From assembly GCA_964640195.1 (NCBI GenBank), contig CAZXIC010000001.1, positions 8,544-72,543 of the forward strand: 64,000 nucleotides of DNA. The letters are read 5' to 3'. Numbering within the stretch: position 1 is the stretch's first letter; the number at the start of each line of letters is the position of its first letter. Shown piece after piece: positions 25,782-35,172 of this stretch. The stretch comes from an uncultured archaeon (lineage in GTDB: Archaea; Iainarchaeota; Iainarchaeia; Iainarchaeales; GCA-2688035). The translations under genes were made by a program, and so were the position numbers. The notes under the pieces are model-generated. The model was not told the origin of the DNA and did no database searches. It saw only the letters and a program-made list of their open reading frames with translations.

Positions 25782-26603
25782 ATGAAAAAAACCACTGCAG
25801 CAAGGGGGACTGCATTCCATACAAAAAGAATTGTAAACAGGTATAAGGGAGATTACAATGCCAGGATTGAGTTCGGCTTAAGAAAATCAGCTATTGCAAA
25901 TCTTGCACACATGGAACCTTTTGTCCGCCATTTTGTACACTACAGGGACCTCTGGCATTATGATACTTTTTTTTCAGCCGGCCTGAGAAAAATGGGCTTA
26001 GGCAACGACATAGCGGATGCAGTCTCAAGAATTCCGAGAGGAAGGAAGAAGCCGCTGGATGTTCTTGAGGACGGTCCAGGGTCGGGGATTTTTTTGGGTG
26101 AATTCAAAGAATACCTTAAAGAAAAAGGGATTGACACCCATACCACTGGTGTTGATTTTCACTATGCAGATACGCTTAAGCAAATGCAGAAATATGGGAA
26201 AATTGATAAAGTTGTCCACGGCATAGCCGAGTTTTTCACCCCTGAAAAAAGATATCACGCAATTTTCTCCATGATGGGCTCAGTTCATTATACAATTAAT
26301 GCCTTTAGAAAGGACCAGCTTCTAAAATTCGCCTCTGCTCTGAGGAAAGGCGGCATTATGATGGTTGGATTCCAAATAGGCAATGCAAAAGAGCCAGGAG
26401 CTTTTCTGAGGATGGATATTACAGATGGCCTTTCTCCAAAACCAAAAGAAAACAGGAGAATGCCAATTGAAAAAGAAATGGAAGGGATTGAAAAAGCATT
26501 CGTGAAAAGGGGCTACGCTGCCAAATTTTTGAAATTCGATGAAAAAATAGGTGCGAGATATAATCTGCCAAATTGGATGCTGATTGTTAAAAGACTAAGA
26601 TAA
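25782..26603 (+). CDS. putative class I SAM-dependent methyltransferase-like protein (divergent)
   Basis: 273 aa. VLEDGPGSGIFL resembles SAM motif I, and there is a later GGIMMVGF motif. The gene is visibly more AT-rich than its neighbours. Confidence 0.4.
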   Translation: MKKTTAARGTAFHTKRIVNRYKGDYNARIEFGLRKSAIANLAHMEPFVRHFVHYRDLWHYDTFFSAGLRKMGLGNDIADAVSRIPRGRKKPLDVLEDGPGSGIFLGEFKEYLKEKGIDTHTTGVDFHYADTLKQMQKYGKIDKVVHGIAEFFTPEKRYHAIFSMMGSVHYTINAFRKDQLLKFASALRKGGIMMVGFQIGNAKEPGAFLRMDITDGLSPKPKENRRMPIEKEMEGIEKAFVKRGYAAKFLKFDEKIGARYNLPNWMLIVKRLR

Positions 26604-26690
26604 TTAAAAGACTGGGGGGTTTGAAAAGCAAAATTCTGCTCCTTTTTTGTGCAAAGTTGATAAAAGCTGAACCGCAAAAAAATTAGGACA

Positions 26691-27635
26691 TTATTCAGCA
26701 CGTTCTGCTGCTTTTCCCGCGTGCCTGATTAAGCCGTCCAAGCGCTTTAAAGTGAACGGCCCCCATTTCTTCCATCTTGTTGGGCCGTTTTTCCTGTATG
26801 CCCGCAAAACCATTGGTTGTTTTCCCTGCATCTCTGCAGCGGTTAAAACCTTTTTGCCGAGCTTTTTTGCCCTCTCAAAAACCTCGCAATACAATTCCCT
26901 GTACCGGTAATCGCGGAGCAGGTGGTGGTCTAAAACATACCAGCGACAGCGCGTGCGCTCGATTATCCCGATGGTGTTTTGCACAATTTTTTTCAGGTTT
27001 TTGAAGGACATGATAAAACCCAGCAGATAGGTGGGGGCGCCATCTAAAATCAGGTAGGTTGGCTTTTCCTTGACTATGAGCTCAACCTGGCTTTTGAGAT
27101 AGGGCCCGTCCAAATCACTGCTGTACAACAGTTTTTCTTTTCCTTCGCGGATTGAGACCATTACCACATAGCCAAGACTTGTTCCCCTTGGACCGTGCCA
27201 CAATGGCTTGCTGAATCTTATTTTGGTTTTCCCAAATTTGAATTCCTTGTTGTCAGCATACTCTATTTGCTTCGGCAAGCCCTCAATGGTTTCAAGAAAT
27301 TCCAGGGCCCTGCCAAGCTGGCTTCTGTTGATTTTTTTCGTTGGGTGCTTTATTAGCAAAATTTTGTTTCCATAAAGCCTTTTGTCTCTGTCAACGATGT
27401 GGTGGTCGTAGTGGTAGTGTGTTATTGCTACAACATCGCTTTTGCCGCAGGCTTTCCTGATTTTCTCATCGTATTTAGCAACCAAATCACAGCGCTCCCT
27501 TCTCGGAAGAGGAAAAGAGTCAACCTCGTCGGCAATGCCTGGGTCTATTGTAATCGTCGCATCTTTCGTCCTCACCTGCGTGCAGCTGCTCTTGACGCCC
27601 ATGCTGTCAAAGGCAACGAAATTTATTCTCATCAA
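26691..27635 (-). CDS. MBL-fold metallo-hydrolase (archaeal UPF0282-like)
   Basis: 314 aa. DPGIADE..., then VVAITHYHYDHH (HxHxDH motif). Confidence 0.72.
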   Translation of the reverse strand: MMRINFVAFDSMGVKSSCTQVRTKDATITIDPGIADEVDSFPLPRRERCDLVAKYDEKIRKACGKSDVVAITHYHYDHHIVDRDKRLYGNKILLIKHPTKKINRSQLGRALEFLETIEGLPKQIEYADNKEFKFGKTKIRFSKPLWHGPRGTSLGYVVMVSIREGKEKLLYSSDLDGPYLKSQVELIVKEKPTYLILDGAPTYLLGFIMSFKNLKKIVQNTIGIIERTRCRWYVLDHHLLRDYRYRELYCEVFERAKKLGKKVLTAAEMQGKQPMVLRAYRKNGPTRWKKWGPFTLKRLDGLIRHAGKAAERAE

Positions 27636-27640
27636 AAAGC

Positions 27641-27925
27641 CTACCTCAAGCCGGCTTTTCTTTTCTCAAAGTGGTCAGCGCAGCGCTGGCAACAGAATGT
27701 GAGAACCTTTCCACCTACCTCTTTTTCCACAACAGTTTCAGGGTCAATCTCCTTCCCGCAGCTGTTGCAGACCCCCTCCTTGACATCTTGGTAGCCCTCT
27801 ACGAAGCCTGCCTCTGCAGGGCTGATTTCGTCGTCATCCAGCTGGTCTTGCCTATCACCTTCATCATAGATGTTTTCGTCAGGGCTTTCCCCATCCTTTC
27901 TCTTGTTTTCCCGCTCATCCGCCAT
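27641..27925 (-). CDS. small acidic protein with a C-terminal TRASH/zinc-ribbon-like Cys motif
   Basis: 94 aa. Highly acidic N-terminal half, then CNSCGKEI...LTFCCQRCADHFEK (a C-x2-C ... C-x3-C arrangement typical of TRASH/YHS-like metal-binding modules). Confidence 0.5.
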   Translation of the reverse strand: MADERENKRKDGESPDENIYDEGDRQDQLDDDEISPAEAGFVEGYQDVKEGVCNSCGKEIDPETVVEKEVGGKVLTFCCQRCADHFEKRKAGLR

Positions 27926-27995
27926 GAAACAATACCTCCAGCTATTACAGCAATTAACTAAAATTATTAATTTTTTCTGAATAAAAGATTATCAT

Positions 27996-28574
27996 ATGGA
28001 GACCTACAGGCTTATTCTGCATAGGAGGACAATCAGGCGCTTCCAGGACAGGGCAGTGCCGTTCACTGTGTTGAAAAAATGCGTTAAAGCAGCCCTGCTT
28101 AGCCCAAGCGCAAGAAACATGCAGGAGCTGGAATTCGTTGCAGTGCACGAGAAAAACCAGGTTGCAGGAGTGAACGAGGCAGTGAGGTTTGGCGGCGCTG
28201 TGCGGCAAAAAGGCAGGGTAAAAGGAGAGGAGCCAAAGGCATTCATTGCAATAATTGCGGCAAAGGAACGCTCTGACAGCGCTTACACGCCAATGAACGC
28301 CGGCATTGCAGCAGAGGCAATCGCCCTCACAGCCCTTGAACAGGGGATTGGCAGCTGCATTATGGGGGCGATTGAAAGGGAGAGAATCAAAGGCATTCTC
28401 GCTATTCCAAACAACTACAATTTGCCCCTTGCAATTGCGCTGGGATTTCCGAAAGAAAAGCCCAGGCTTGAAAAGGCGAAAAAGCGGGATACTTCTTACT
28501 GGGTTGATGAAAAAGGCGCGCTGCACATCCCAAAGCGCTCCCTTGGTGAAGTGCTGCACAGGGACAGGTTCTGA
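27996..28574 (+). CDS. nitroreductase-family protein
   Basis: 192 aa. HRRTIRRFQDRAVPFTVLKKCVKAALLSPSARNMQELEFV, later AGIAAEAIALTALEQGIGSCIMG. Confidence 0.85.
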   Translation: METYRLILHRRTIRRFQDRAVPFTVLKKCVKAALLSPSARNMQELEFVAVHEKNQVAGVNEAVRFGGAVRQKGRVKGEEPKAFIAIIAAKERSDSAYTPMNAGIAAEAIALTALEQGIGSCIMGAIERERIKGILAIPNNYNLPLAIALGFPKEKPRLEKAKKRDTSYWVDEKGALHIPKRSLGEVLHRDRF

Positions 28575-28765
28575 AAAGGGGTTGGCTTGGCAAAGGTAGC
28601 AGTACTTCATAAAGGGATAACAGCTGGGAAGGGCGGCAGGCTGCACATCCAACGAAAGTTTAATATGTAACGGCTGCTGTTAATAATTACCACAACAGGG
28701 GGATTTAACAGCAAAACGCGATTCAGGCACAGATTGAAACACATGCTGGCTGGGTTGCATATAAT

Positions 28766-31700
28766 ATGACTAGCAAAAAAAATATAACCAAATTTGTGCT
28801 CCTGCTCCTATCATTTTGTTTAGTGCCAGCTTTCGCGGCTGCTACGCCCACGATAACGATAGTTGGTGATTTTAACGGCATTCCTTCTGTTTCCCCCTTT
28901 GGCTTTCTCAAAGGCGGCACTGACTACAACGTTGAGTTTTCAATAAGTGATGCTGATGCCAGCGCTGGGTCGTATTTGGTTGATGCAAACATCTCTCTTG
29001 CCTGTGTGAAGGGCACTGGCACTCCACTTTTTGATGACTTGAACCTTTCGACTGACTTTGTCCACGACACAAACAACCTTAACCTTGGCTTTGACGTTAA
29101 TTTTACGTGGGTAAACCGTGCATCCACTCTTTATTCCACTAGCTCAAGGGGCGACGTTAATCTTGCAATTACCAGTTGTTACTATTCCCCGCAAGTCTGG
29201 TATGACTCTATAAACAATAGAACTTATGTCTTATGGATGCAGAGGCCATATTCTGGCGGTCAATACGGAATTGAAAATTATTTCTTTTATTATGACCACG
29301 CAAAGGGGACAGTTTCAGATTCTGTATTAGTTACACCCTATTATACAGATGCTATTGACCTTCACGGGCATGGGGCAATAATTACTACTGATAGCGGGAC
29401 TGTCATGGTTGCGTATGAGCAATTAGATAATGATGGCCATACGCATAATTCTCCAATGATGCTAAGGAAATTTGATTCTTATGGAACCGCCGTGCCTTTT
29501 GGGGCAAGCAAAGACATCACAGATGTCAATTTGGAGGATACTATCACTGTCACAGGAACAGATTTGGATCCGGATTGCAGTGGCATGTACGTAGTCGGCG
29601 GGGAATATCCGGAAGGAAGCGGAATTGATTATTATGTTAGAGAAGATGGGGAATTTTATCTTTGGGATGATGGCTATCATCGTTGGCGTATAAGCGCAGC
29701 TTTGGAGGAAATGGGGGTATGTTGGGATTTAGAGACTTGGTATCCTATTGGAACTTTTGGGCACTATTACTGTGATTATGACACTCAAGGGAGTGCAGTT
29801 GTAACTAATATTAAAGTTACTACAGAAACAGCACATGGTTTTTCTACGGATGACACGATTTATATTTCGCCTGTTGCTGGGATTAGTCCCTCAATATACG
29901 GCTTATACTCCATTGTTGAAAATGACGAGACTTCCTTTTATATACAAGGCCAGGCTGCCCAAGGTTACTCGGGAACTTTATCTGGAACGCCAACCTGTAA
30001 CGGAGGCAGTTTTACCACTGAGCTTGGAGATTATCACGCTTATCCTCATCTTTTCAGAGTGGGGAGTAGAATTTACGTGCTGTCACGGACAAACGCAGAT
30101 GCTATGCAGAATCCCTATGTTGATTTATATTATACTGATGATGAGGGGGTAACTTGGTCAAGTGTAATAAGAATAGTTAACCTTGCGGGCGATGGATATT
30201 ATTGGGCCTATTCTGTTGCCGTTCCATCGTCTCTTGATGATAAACTTCGTATTACTGTCAACGAATATGATAACGTTCGTATCAGAAAAATTTACTACCT
30301 TGAAAGCTCAGATGGGGTTAACTGGTCGAATATAGACGACAGCCATTCTCAAGATGTTAGCGATACGTCTTTATCAAGAGATAACCTTATTGATTATTAC
30401 TTATTAAAAGATTCTGGCAGTGATAGCATTTGGAATGAAGTTACTAGTGGCAGCATCACTCCATCTGGCAGGATTTATTTTTTAATAACGGAACAGGCCA
30501 CCGGCAGTTATCCGCAGACGAGGAACCATTATATTCGGTATTGGGATGGCGGGTGGCTGGAAAAGACAATCACCCCTTTTTCAGGCATTTCCGTCCCCTC
30601 GGCAGATGATACCGGGGACAACGCGGTGCAAAGGATATTCGCTTATGATGATAATACTATTGACGTATTTGCCATTCATAAAGTAGGCAGTGCCAGGGAG
30701 CTGGAGCGGTGGCATACTGGTGATGGCGGGGATAACTGGCTTAAGGCAGAAGATATAACGTCCAATAGTAGTTTCAACCACAACTATCTGACAATAACGG
30801 CAAATGCTTCCTCGACTGTTCCCTGGTTGCTTGCTTCTAGCTATAAGAACAACCAGCCTTCCTCGGCTGATATTCGTTTATGGACAGAAGGCTACCACTC
30901 TGCTAACTGGGATTTCAACGCCTGCCTTATTCTGGATTTCAACAGCAACGGAACGTATTACACAAAGATTGCTGATTTCAATGTTCTGTTTGACAGCACG
31001 ATTCCAACGACCCTGGACAACGATGGCAACAACACGTGGCAGAACACGGATGCGAACATACAATTCAGCTGCAGCGACAACAATGCTGGCTGCAAAAACT
31101 TCTACTACTCAGTTGACGACACAAACTACCAAAAAAGCTGGGGAGGGGACACAAACATCGGAATAGAACTGGGCACAGACGGAAACCACAGCATATGGTG
31201 CTGGAGCGGCGACAGAACAGACAACAACTCAACAGCAAAACTAATTTATTCAGCGATTGACAAAACAGCGCCTGGCACGGTTGAAAATGCAACAGTTGAC
31301 TTGAACAACACATGGCAGAAGACGGATGCGAACATACAGTTTTCCTGTTCGGATAGTGCAGGCGGGTGCAGGAACTTCTATTACTCGGTGGATGATGTGA
31401 ACTACCAAGTGGGCTGGGGGCTTGATGAGAATATCGGGATTAGCCTGACAACGGACGCAAACCATGAAATATTCTACTGGTCAGACGACAATGCTTCGGG
31501 GGTTGGAGACAACAACGAAAACGCACGCCTGCTGTACGTTGGAGTGGACAAAACAAACCCAAGCACGCCAACAGTGACAGCGCCAAGCACGACAACAGCA
31601 GCAAGCGCAACGATAACGTACACAACAACAGACGCAACAAGCGGTATAAAAAAATACTGGGCAAGAGAACAAGGCCAGGCATGGGTAGACAATGGGGCAA

Positions 31701-32686
31701 ACACATCTTATGAATTCAGCATTAGCAGCGGGGAAAGCCTGCCAACAACGCACACGTACTGCGTAAAAGCAACAGACAACTCAGACAACAATTCAAACGA
31801 AGAATGCGTAAACATAACATTCCAGGCAGCAAGCAGCCGCAGAATTGCACCAATAATAGCACCTGCACCGCCAGGAAAGCCGCCTGCAATAGTTGAAACA
31901 AAGCAGGTTTTGGCATTGCAGAGGGAATTCATTCCCTTGGAGGAAGCAAGCATCCCTGTTCTGGACCCCACAGAGAAAGAATTGGGGTTAAATGTTAAAA
32001 GGCTGGCAACAGAAAAAGACCTGCTATTCACCAGGAACCTGAGAGCCAGAGGGCTTTGGGGGACCACTGCAATCGTCAAATACAGCAACATCGTAACGCT
32101 TACAGTTGAAAACGTTAGTGAAAAAACACTGCGCGCTATTGAGTTGATTGAAGGAATTCCAAAAGAATTGGCGGAAAGCGCAGCAGTTATAGCAAGCGAC
32201 CGCGATTTCATTGTAATAGAAGAAGACCCGGTAATAAAGTTCTTGATTGGGGACTTGGGAGCGGGTGAAAAGGCAAGCGTAAGCTACGACTTCAACGCAA
32301 GCCTGGAAAGGGGGCAAATAACAGAACAGCAGTTCAACGAAATGAGCGCACCGGTTGCGTTAATCAGGCTGGAAGAGGAAGACACATGCATGGGCATGCT
32401 GTGCGACGACTTCAACCCATGCACAAGGGACTATTGCATAGAGGGAGAATGCGTTTATGCTGAAATGAGCGAAGGAGCAAAATGCGGAAAAGAAATGCAC
32501 TGCATGCAGGGAAAATGCGTCAAAATAGAAAAAGAAAAAATTGTGCCAGCCATTGAGACAGTCGTTGCTCCGCCTTGGCTGCAGGCAAGGCAAGAGCTAA
32601 TGGCAGCGACAAGCCTTGCACTGGCTTTGGCAATCGCTGGCTTCCTGAATTACGTGCGAAGACAACAAAGACCTAAAAAGCAGTAA
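28766..32686 (+). CDS. 1306-aa multidomain cell-surface protein (signal peptide, BNR/sialidase-like propeller, duplicated Ig-like modules, Cys-rich module, C-terminal TM anchor)
   Basis: Signal MTSKKNITKFVLLLLSFCLVPAFAAA. Asp-box/BNR motifs YTDDEGVTWSS, SSDGVNWSN, TGDGGDNWLK. Two tandem modules of about 90 aa (NTWQNTDANIQFSCSD..FYYSVDD..IDKTAP). Cys-rich CMGMLCDDFNPCTRDYCIEGECVYAEMSEGAKCGKEMHCMQGKC. Anchor LALALAIAGFLNYV followed by RRQQRPKKQ. Confidence 0.8.
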   Translation: MTSKKNITKFVLLLLSFCLVPAFAAATPTITIVGDFNGIPSVSPFGFLKGGTDYNVEFSISDADASAGSYLVDANISLACVKGTGTPLFDDLNLSTDFVHDTNNLNLGFDVNFTWVNRASTLYSTSSRGDVNLAITSCYYSPQVWYDSINNRTYVLWMQRPYSGGQYGIENYFFYYDHAKGTVSDSVLVTPYYTDAIDLHGHGAIITTDSGTVMVAYEQLDNDGHTHNSPMMLRKFDSYGTAVPFGASKDITDVNLEDTITVTGTDLDPDCSGMYVVGGEYPEGSGIDYYVREDGEFYLWDDGYHRWRISAALEEMGVCWDLETWYPIGTFGHYYCDYDTQGSAVVTNIKVTTETAHGFSTDDTIYISPVAGISPSIYGLYSIVENDETSFYIQGQAAQGYSGTLSGTPTCNGGSFTTELGDYHAYPHLFRVGSRIYVLSRTNADAMQNPYVDLYYTDDEGVTWSSVIRIVNLAGDGYYWAYSVAVPSSLDDKLRITVNEYDNVRIRKIYYLESSDGVNWSNIDDSHSQDVSDTSLSRDNLIDYYLLKDSGSDSIWNEVTSGSITPSGRIYFLITEQATGSYPQTRNHYIRYWDGGWLEKTITPFSGISVPSADDTGDNAVQRIFAYDDNTIDVFAIHKVGSARELERWHTGDGGDNWLKAEDITSNSSFNHNYLTITANASSTVPWLLASSYKNNQPSSADIRLWTEGYHSANWDFNACLILDFNSNGTYYTKIADFNVLFDSTIPTTLDNDGNNTWQNTDANIQFSCSDNNAGCKNFYYSVDDTNYQKSWGGDTNIGIELGTDGNHSIWCWSGDRTDNNSTAKLIYSAIDKTAPGTVENATVDLNNTWQKTDANIQFSCSDSAGGCRNFYYSVDDVNYQVGWGLDENIGISLTTDANHEIFYWSDDNASGVGDNNENARLLYVGVDKTNPSTPTVTAPSTTTAASATITYTTTDATSGIKKYWAREQGQAWVDNGANTSYEFSISSGESLPTTHTYCVKATDNSDNNSNEECVNITFQAASSRRIAPIIAPAPPGKPPAIVETKQVLALQREFIPLEEASIPVLDPTEKELGLNVKRLATEKDLLFTRNLRARGLWGTTAIVKYSNIVTLTVENVSEKTLRAIELIEGIPKELAESAAVIASDRDFIVIEEDPVIKFLIGDLGAGEKASVSYDFNASLERGQITEQQFNEMSAPVALIRLEEEDTCMGMLCDDFNPCTRDYCIEGECVYAEMSEGAKCGKEMHCMQGKCVKIEKEKIVPAIETVVAPPWLQARQELMAATSLALALAIAGFLNYVRRQQRPKKQ
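31000..31560 (+). repeat. tandem in-frame duplication of a module of about 270 nt inside the giant surface gene
   Basis: Unit 1: LDNDGNNTWQNTDANIQFSCSDNNAGCKNFYYSVDDTNYQKSWGGDTNIGIELGTDGNHSIWCWSGDRTDNNSTAKLIYSAIDKTAPGT. Unit 2: VDLNNTWQKTDANIQFSCSDSAGGCRNFYYSVDDVNYQVGWGLDENIGISLTTDANHEIFYWSDDNASGVGDNNENARLLYVGVDKTNPST. Long identical nucleotide runs are present (ggatgcgaacataca). Confidence 0.75.
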
Positions 32687-32706
32687 AAGATTTGCCGCAA
32701 AGCTGT

Positions 32707-33642
32707 TCAGTAAAGCACGTCAAAACATTTCTTTCCTTCAATGCCGAGCAGGAAACCATAGCGCGCGTCAACGTACTGCTGTATCTGCTGCACTTCCTCT
32801 TCGGTTAGATGCTTGAACCTGCCTTGCAATTGGAGGTATTCCTTAACAGGCTTTGCGCTCTGCTTTTCAACCTTCTGGCTGAAGGTCAAAATACCGTTAT
32901 CAATCTCGTACAGCGGGAAAACCCTTGTTTGGACAGCGAGCCTTGCAATCTCAAGCGTCTGCTCCTGCCTGCTGTACCAGCCGACAGGGCAAACGCTGAA
33001 AGCATGGATGAAGCTTGGGCCCTTGGTTGCAAGGGCTTTTTTGACCTTCCTGTGCAAATCAACGATGTTCGCCGGGCTGACTGTTGCAACATACCTGATG
33101 CCGTGCGATGCAACAATCAAAGGCAAGGGCTTCTTCGGCTGCTGCTTCCCGTGGACAACGCTGCCTGCCGGCGATGTTGTTGTTGCTGCAAGGAAAGGCG
33201 TTGCACCGCTTCTCTGCACACCGGTATTCATATAGGCTTCGTTATCTGTCGCTACGTAAGTGAATTTATGTCCCCGTTCAAGTGCGCCGCTCAAAGCGCC
33301 AAAGCCGATGTCAAATGAGGCGCCATCGCCGCCGAAAACAAGCAAATTCACGCCCTGCCTTTTGCCCATTGCTTTCAATGCACTGTCAATGCCGGATGCA
33401 ACGGATGCGTTGTTCTCAAACGCTGCGTGAATCCAGGGGATTTTCCAGGCGGTCTGCGGATACGGGGTTGAAACAACCTCCATGCAGCCGGTTGACATAA
33501 CCGCAATTGTGTTTGGTCCAGCTGCCTTTGTAACGTGCCTTACAACAAGGGCTTCGCCGCAGCCGGCGCAGGCCCTGTGCCCTGAGGCGAAGTATTCCTC
33601 GTAAGGCATTCCCAAAATCTTCCTTTCCTTCACAGCAGCCAC
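32707..33642 (-). CDS. porB: pyruvate:ferredoxin oxidoreductase, beta (TPP-binding) subunit
   Basis: 311 aa. Motifs: GHRACAGCGE, GGDGASFDIGFGALSGA, TDNEAYMNTGVQRSG. Confidence 0.9.
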   Translation of the reverse strand: MAAVKERKILGMPYEEYFASGHRACAGCGEALVVRHVTKAAGPNTIAVMSTGCMEVVSTPYPQTAWKIPWIHAAFENNASVASGIDSALKAMGKRQGVNLLVFGGDGASFDIGFGALSGALERGHKFTYVATDNEAYMNTGVQRSGATPFLAATTTSPAGSVVHGKQQPKKPLPLIVASHGIRYVATVSPANIVDLHRKVKKALATKGPSFIHAFSVCPVGWYSRQEQTLEIARLAVQTRVFPLYEIDNGILTFSQKVEKQSAKPVKEYLQLQGRFKHLTEEEVQQIQQYVDARYGFLLGIEGKKCFDVLY

Positions 33643-34775
33643 TCCCCCTTTGGCTTTCCGTCAATCAGGTCATTCAATGCCCCTTCAAAGTGTTTTACTG
33701 TAATGTCCCTTCCGCCCAGTCCAGCGATGTAGTTGAGTATCTGGATGTCGTTGCAGTAAATCGCGCTCCTTACATCAGTGAACAAAGGCCCTTCGTAGCC
33801 AAGCGAAACATGCCTGTCGATTACAGCCGCTGCCTTGAGGTTGCGCATGGCTTGCTGCAATTCCTGCTTCGGGAAAGGCCTCAGGCACCTCAGCTTAATC
33901 AACCCAACTTTTTTTCCCTGCTTCCTCAGATTGTCAACCGCAACCCTTGCTGTTCCGCAGGCAGTGCCCATTGCAATCAAAGCGAATTCCGCGCCATCCA
34001 TTTCATATGGTTCAAGCAAGCCGTCGCCATAAGCCCTTCCAAACTGCTTGCCAAATTGTTTATTTGCTTTTTTAATGAAATCAACCGAGGCAAGCATTGC
34101 GCGCTGCTGCTGCTGCTTGAACAACATGAACGAATCAGGGAAGCCTATTGGGCCCATTGTAAGCGGCTTTTCGGGGTTAAGCACGTAGAGGGGCTTGAAT
34201 TTGGGCAGGAATTCATCCACTTTGCTCTGCTCTGGTTCATCAATCGGCTCAAACACGTGCGTTAATGAGTAGCCGTCGAAGCACACCATGGCTGGAAGCA
34301 AGACATCCCTGCTTTCACTTATTCTATATGCCTGGATGATGCTGTCCAATGACTCCTGGCTGCTTTCCACGTACAACTGAATCCAACCCTGGTCCCTTGC
34401 ACTAACGCTGTCGCTGTGGTCATTCCAGATGTTAATTGGCGCGGACAAAGCCCTGTTTGCAACAGCCATTACTGTCGGCAGCCTCATTCCGCTTATAATC
34501 GGGAGGATTTCATACATTAAAGCAAGGCCCTGGCTGCTTGTAGCGGTGAATGTCCTTGCTCCAGTGGCGGCAGCGCCGACAATTGCGGACGCAGCACTAT
34601 GCTCTGACTCAACATCAACCATCTCTGCCTTGAGTTCACCGTTTGCAACATACTCGGCTATTTTCTCAGGAATGTGCGTTGATGGTGTAATCGGGTACAT
34701 TGGGCATACCTGCACCCTGCACAGCTTTACTGCTTTTGCTACTGCAACCGATGACTCAACAACCATTTTTGCCAT
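33630..34775 (-). CDS. porA: pyruvate:ferredoxin oxidoreductase, alpha subunit
   Basis: Track ORF 33630..34931, trimmed to the ATG at 34775 (MAKMVVESSVAVAKAVKLCRVQVCPMYPITPSTHI), which is preceded by GGAAGGGGG. 13-nt overlap with porB. Confidence 0.9.
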   Translation of the reverse strand: MAKMVVESSVAVAKAVKLCRVQVCPMYPITPSTHIPEKIAEYVANGELKAEMVDVESEHSAASAIVGAAATGARTFTATSSQGLALMYEILPIISGMRLPTVMAVANRALSAPINIWNDHSDSVSARDQGWIQLYVESSQESLDSIIQAYRISESRDVLLPAMVCFDGYSLTHVFEPIDEPEQSKVDEFLPKFKPLYVLNPEKPLTMGPIGFPDSFMLFKQQQQRAMLASVDFIKKANKQFGKQFGRAYGDGLLEPYEMDGAEFALIAMGTACGTARVAVDNLRKQGKKVGLIKLRCLRPFPKQELQQAMRNLKAAAVIDRHVSLGYEGPLFTDVRSAIYCNDIQILNYIAGLGGRDITVKHFEGALNDLIDGKPKGEWLL

Positions 34776-34821
34776 TTTTTCTAAGCCCCCTTCCTGATTG
34801 GATTTGCAGCAGCCATTTTGC

Positions 34822-35130
34822 TCATTTCTTCTCAACCTCTTTCTCAATCGCCTTGGCAGGGCACTCGTGCACGCAGATAAGGCAGCCCTTGCAGTAATCG
34901 TAGTCAATGCTGACATTCCCATTAGCGTCAATTTTTATTGCGCTGTCCGGGCAGCTGTACCAGCACTTGTAGCACTTTATGCATTTTTCCGCTATAAGTT
35001 TTGGCCTGAAAGTGCGCCAGCCCCCTGTCTTATATGCAGCGCTGCTGCCAGGCTCTGTTATCACTGCGCCGGTATTTATTTTCAGCTTTTTTTCTCCCTT
35101 CTTTTTCCCCTTTTCAGCCATTGTACTCAC
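34822..35130 (-). CDS. porD: pyruvate:ferredoxin oxidoreductase, delta subunit (2x[4Fe-4S] ferredoxin)
   Basis: 102 aa. CIKCYKCWYSCP and CKGCLICVHECP cluster motifs. Confidence 0.9.
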   Translation of the reverse strand: MSTMAEKGKKKGEKKLKINTGAVITEPGSSAAYKTGGWRTFRPKLIAEKCIKCYKCWYSCPDSAIKIDANGNVSIDYDYCKGCLICVHECPAKAIEKEVEKK

Positions 35131-35172
35131 CTTGCTGCACCCCTTGTTTTTTCTTCCCGCCGCAAATTCACT

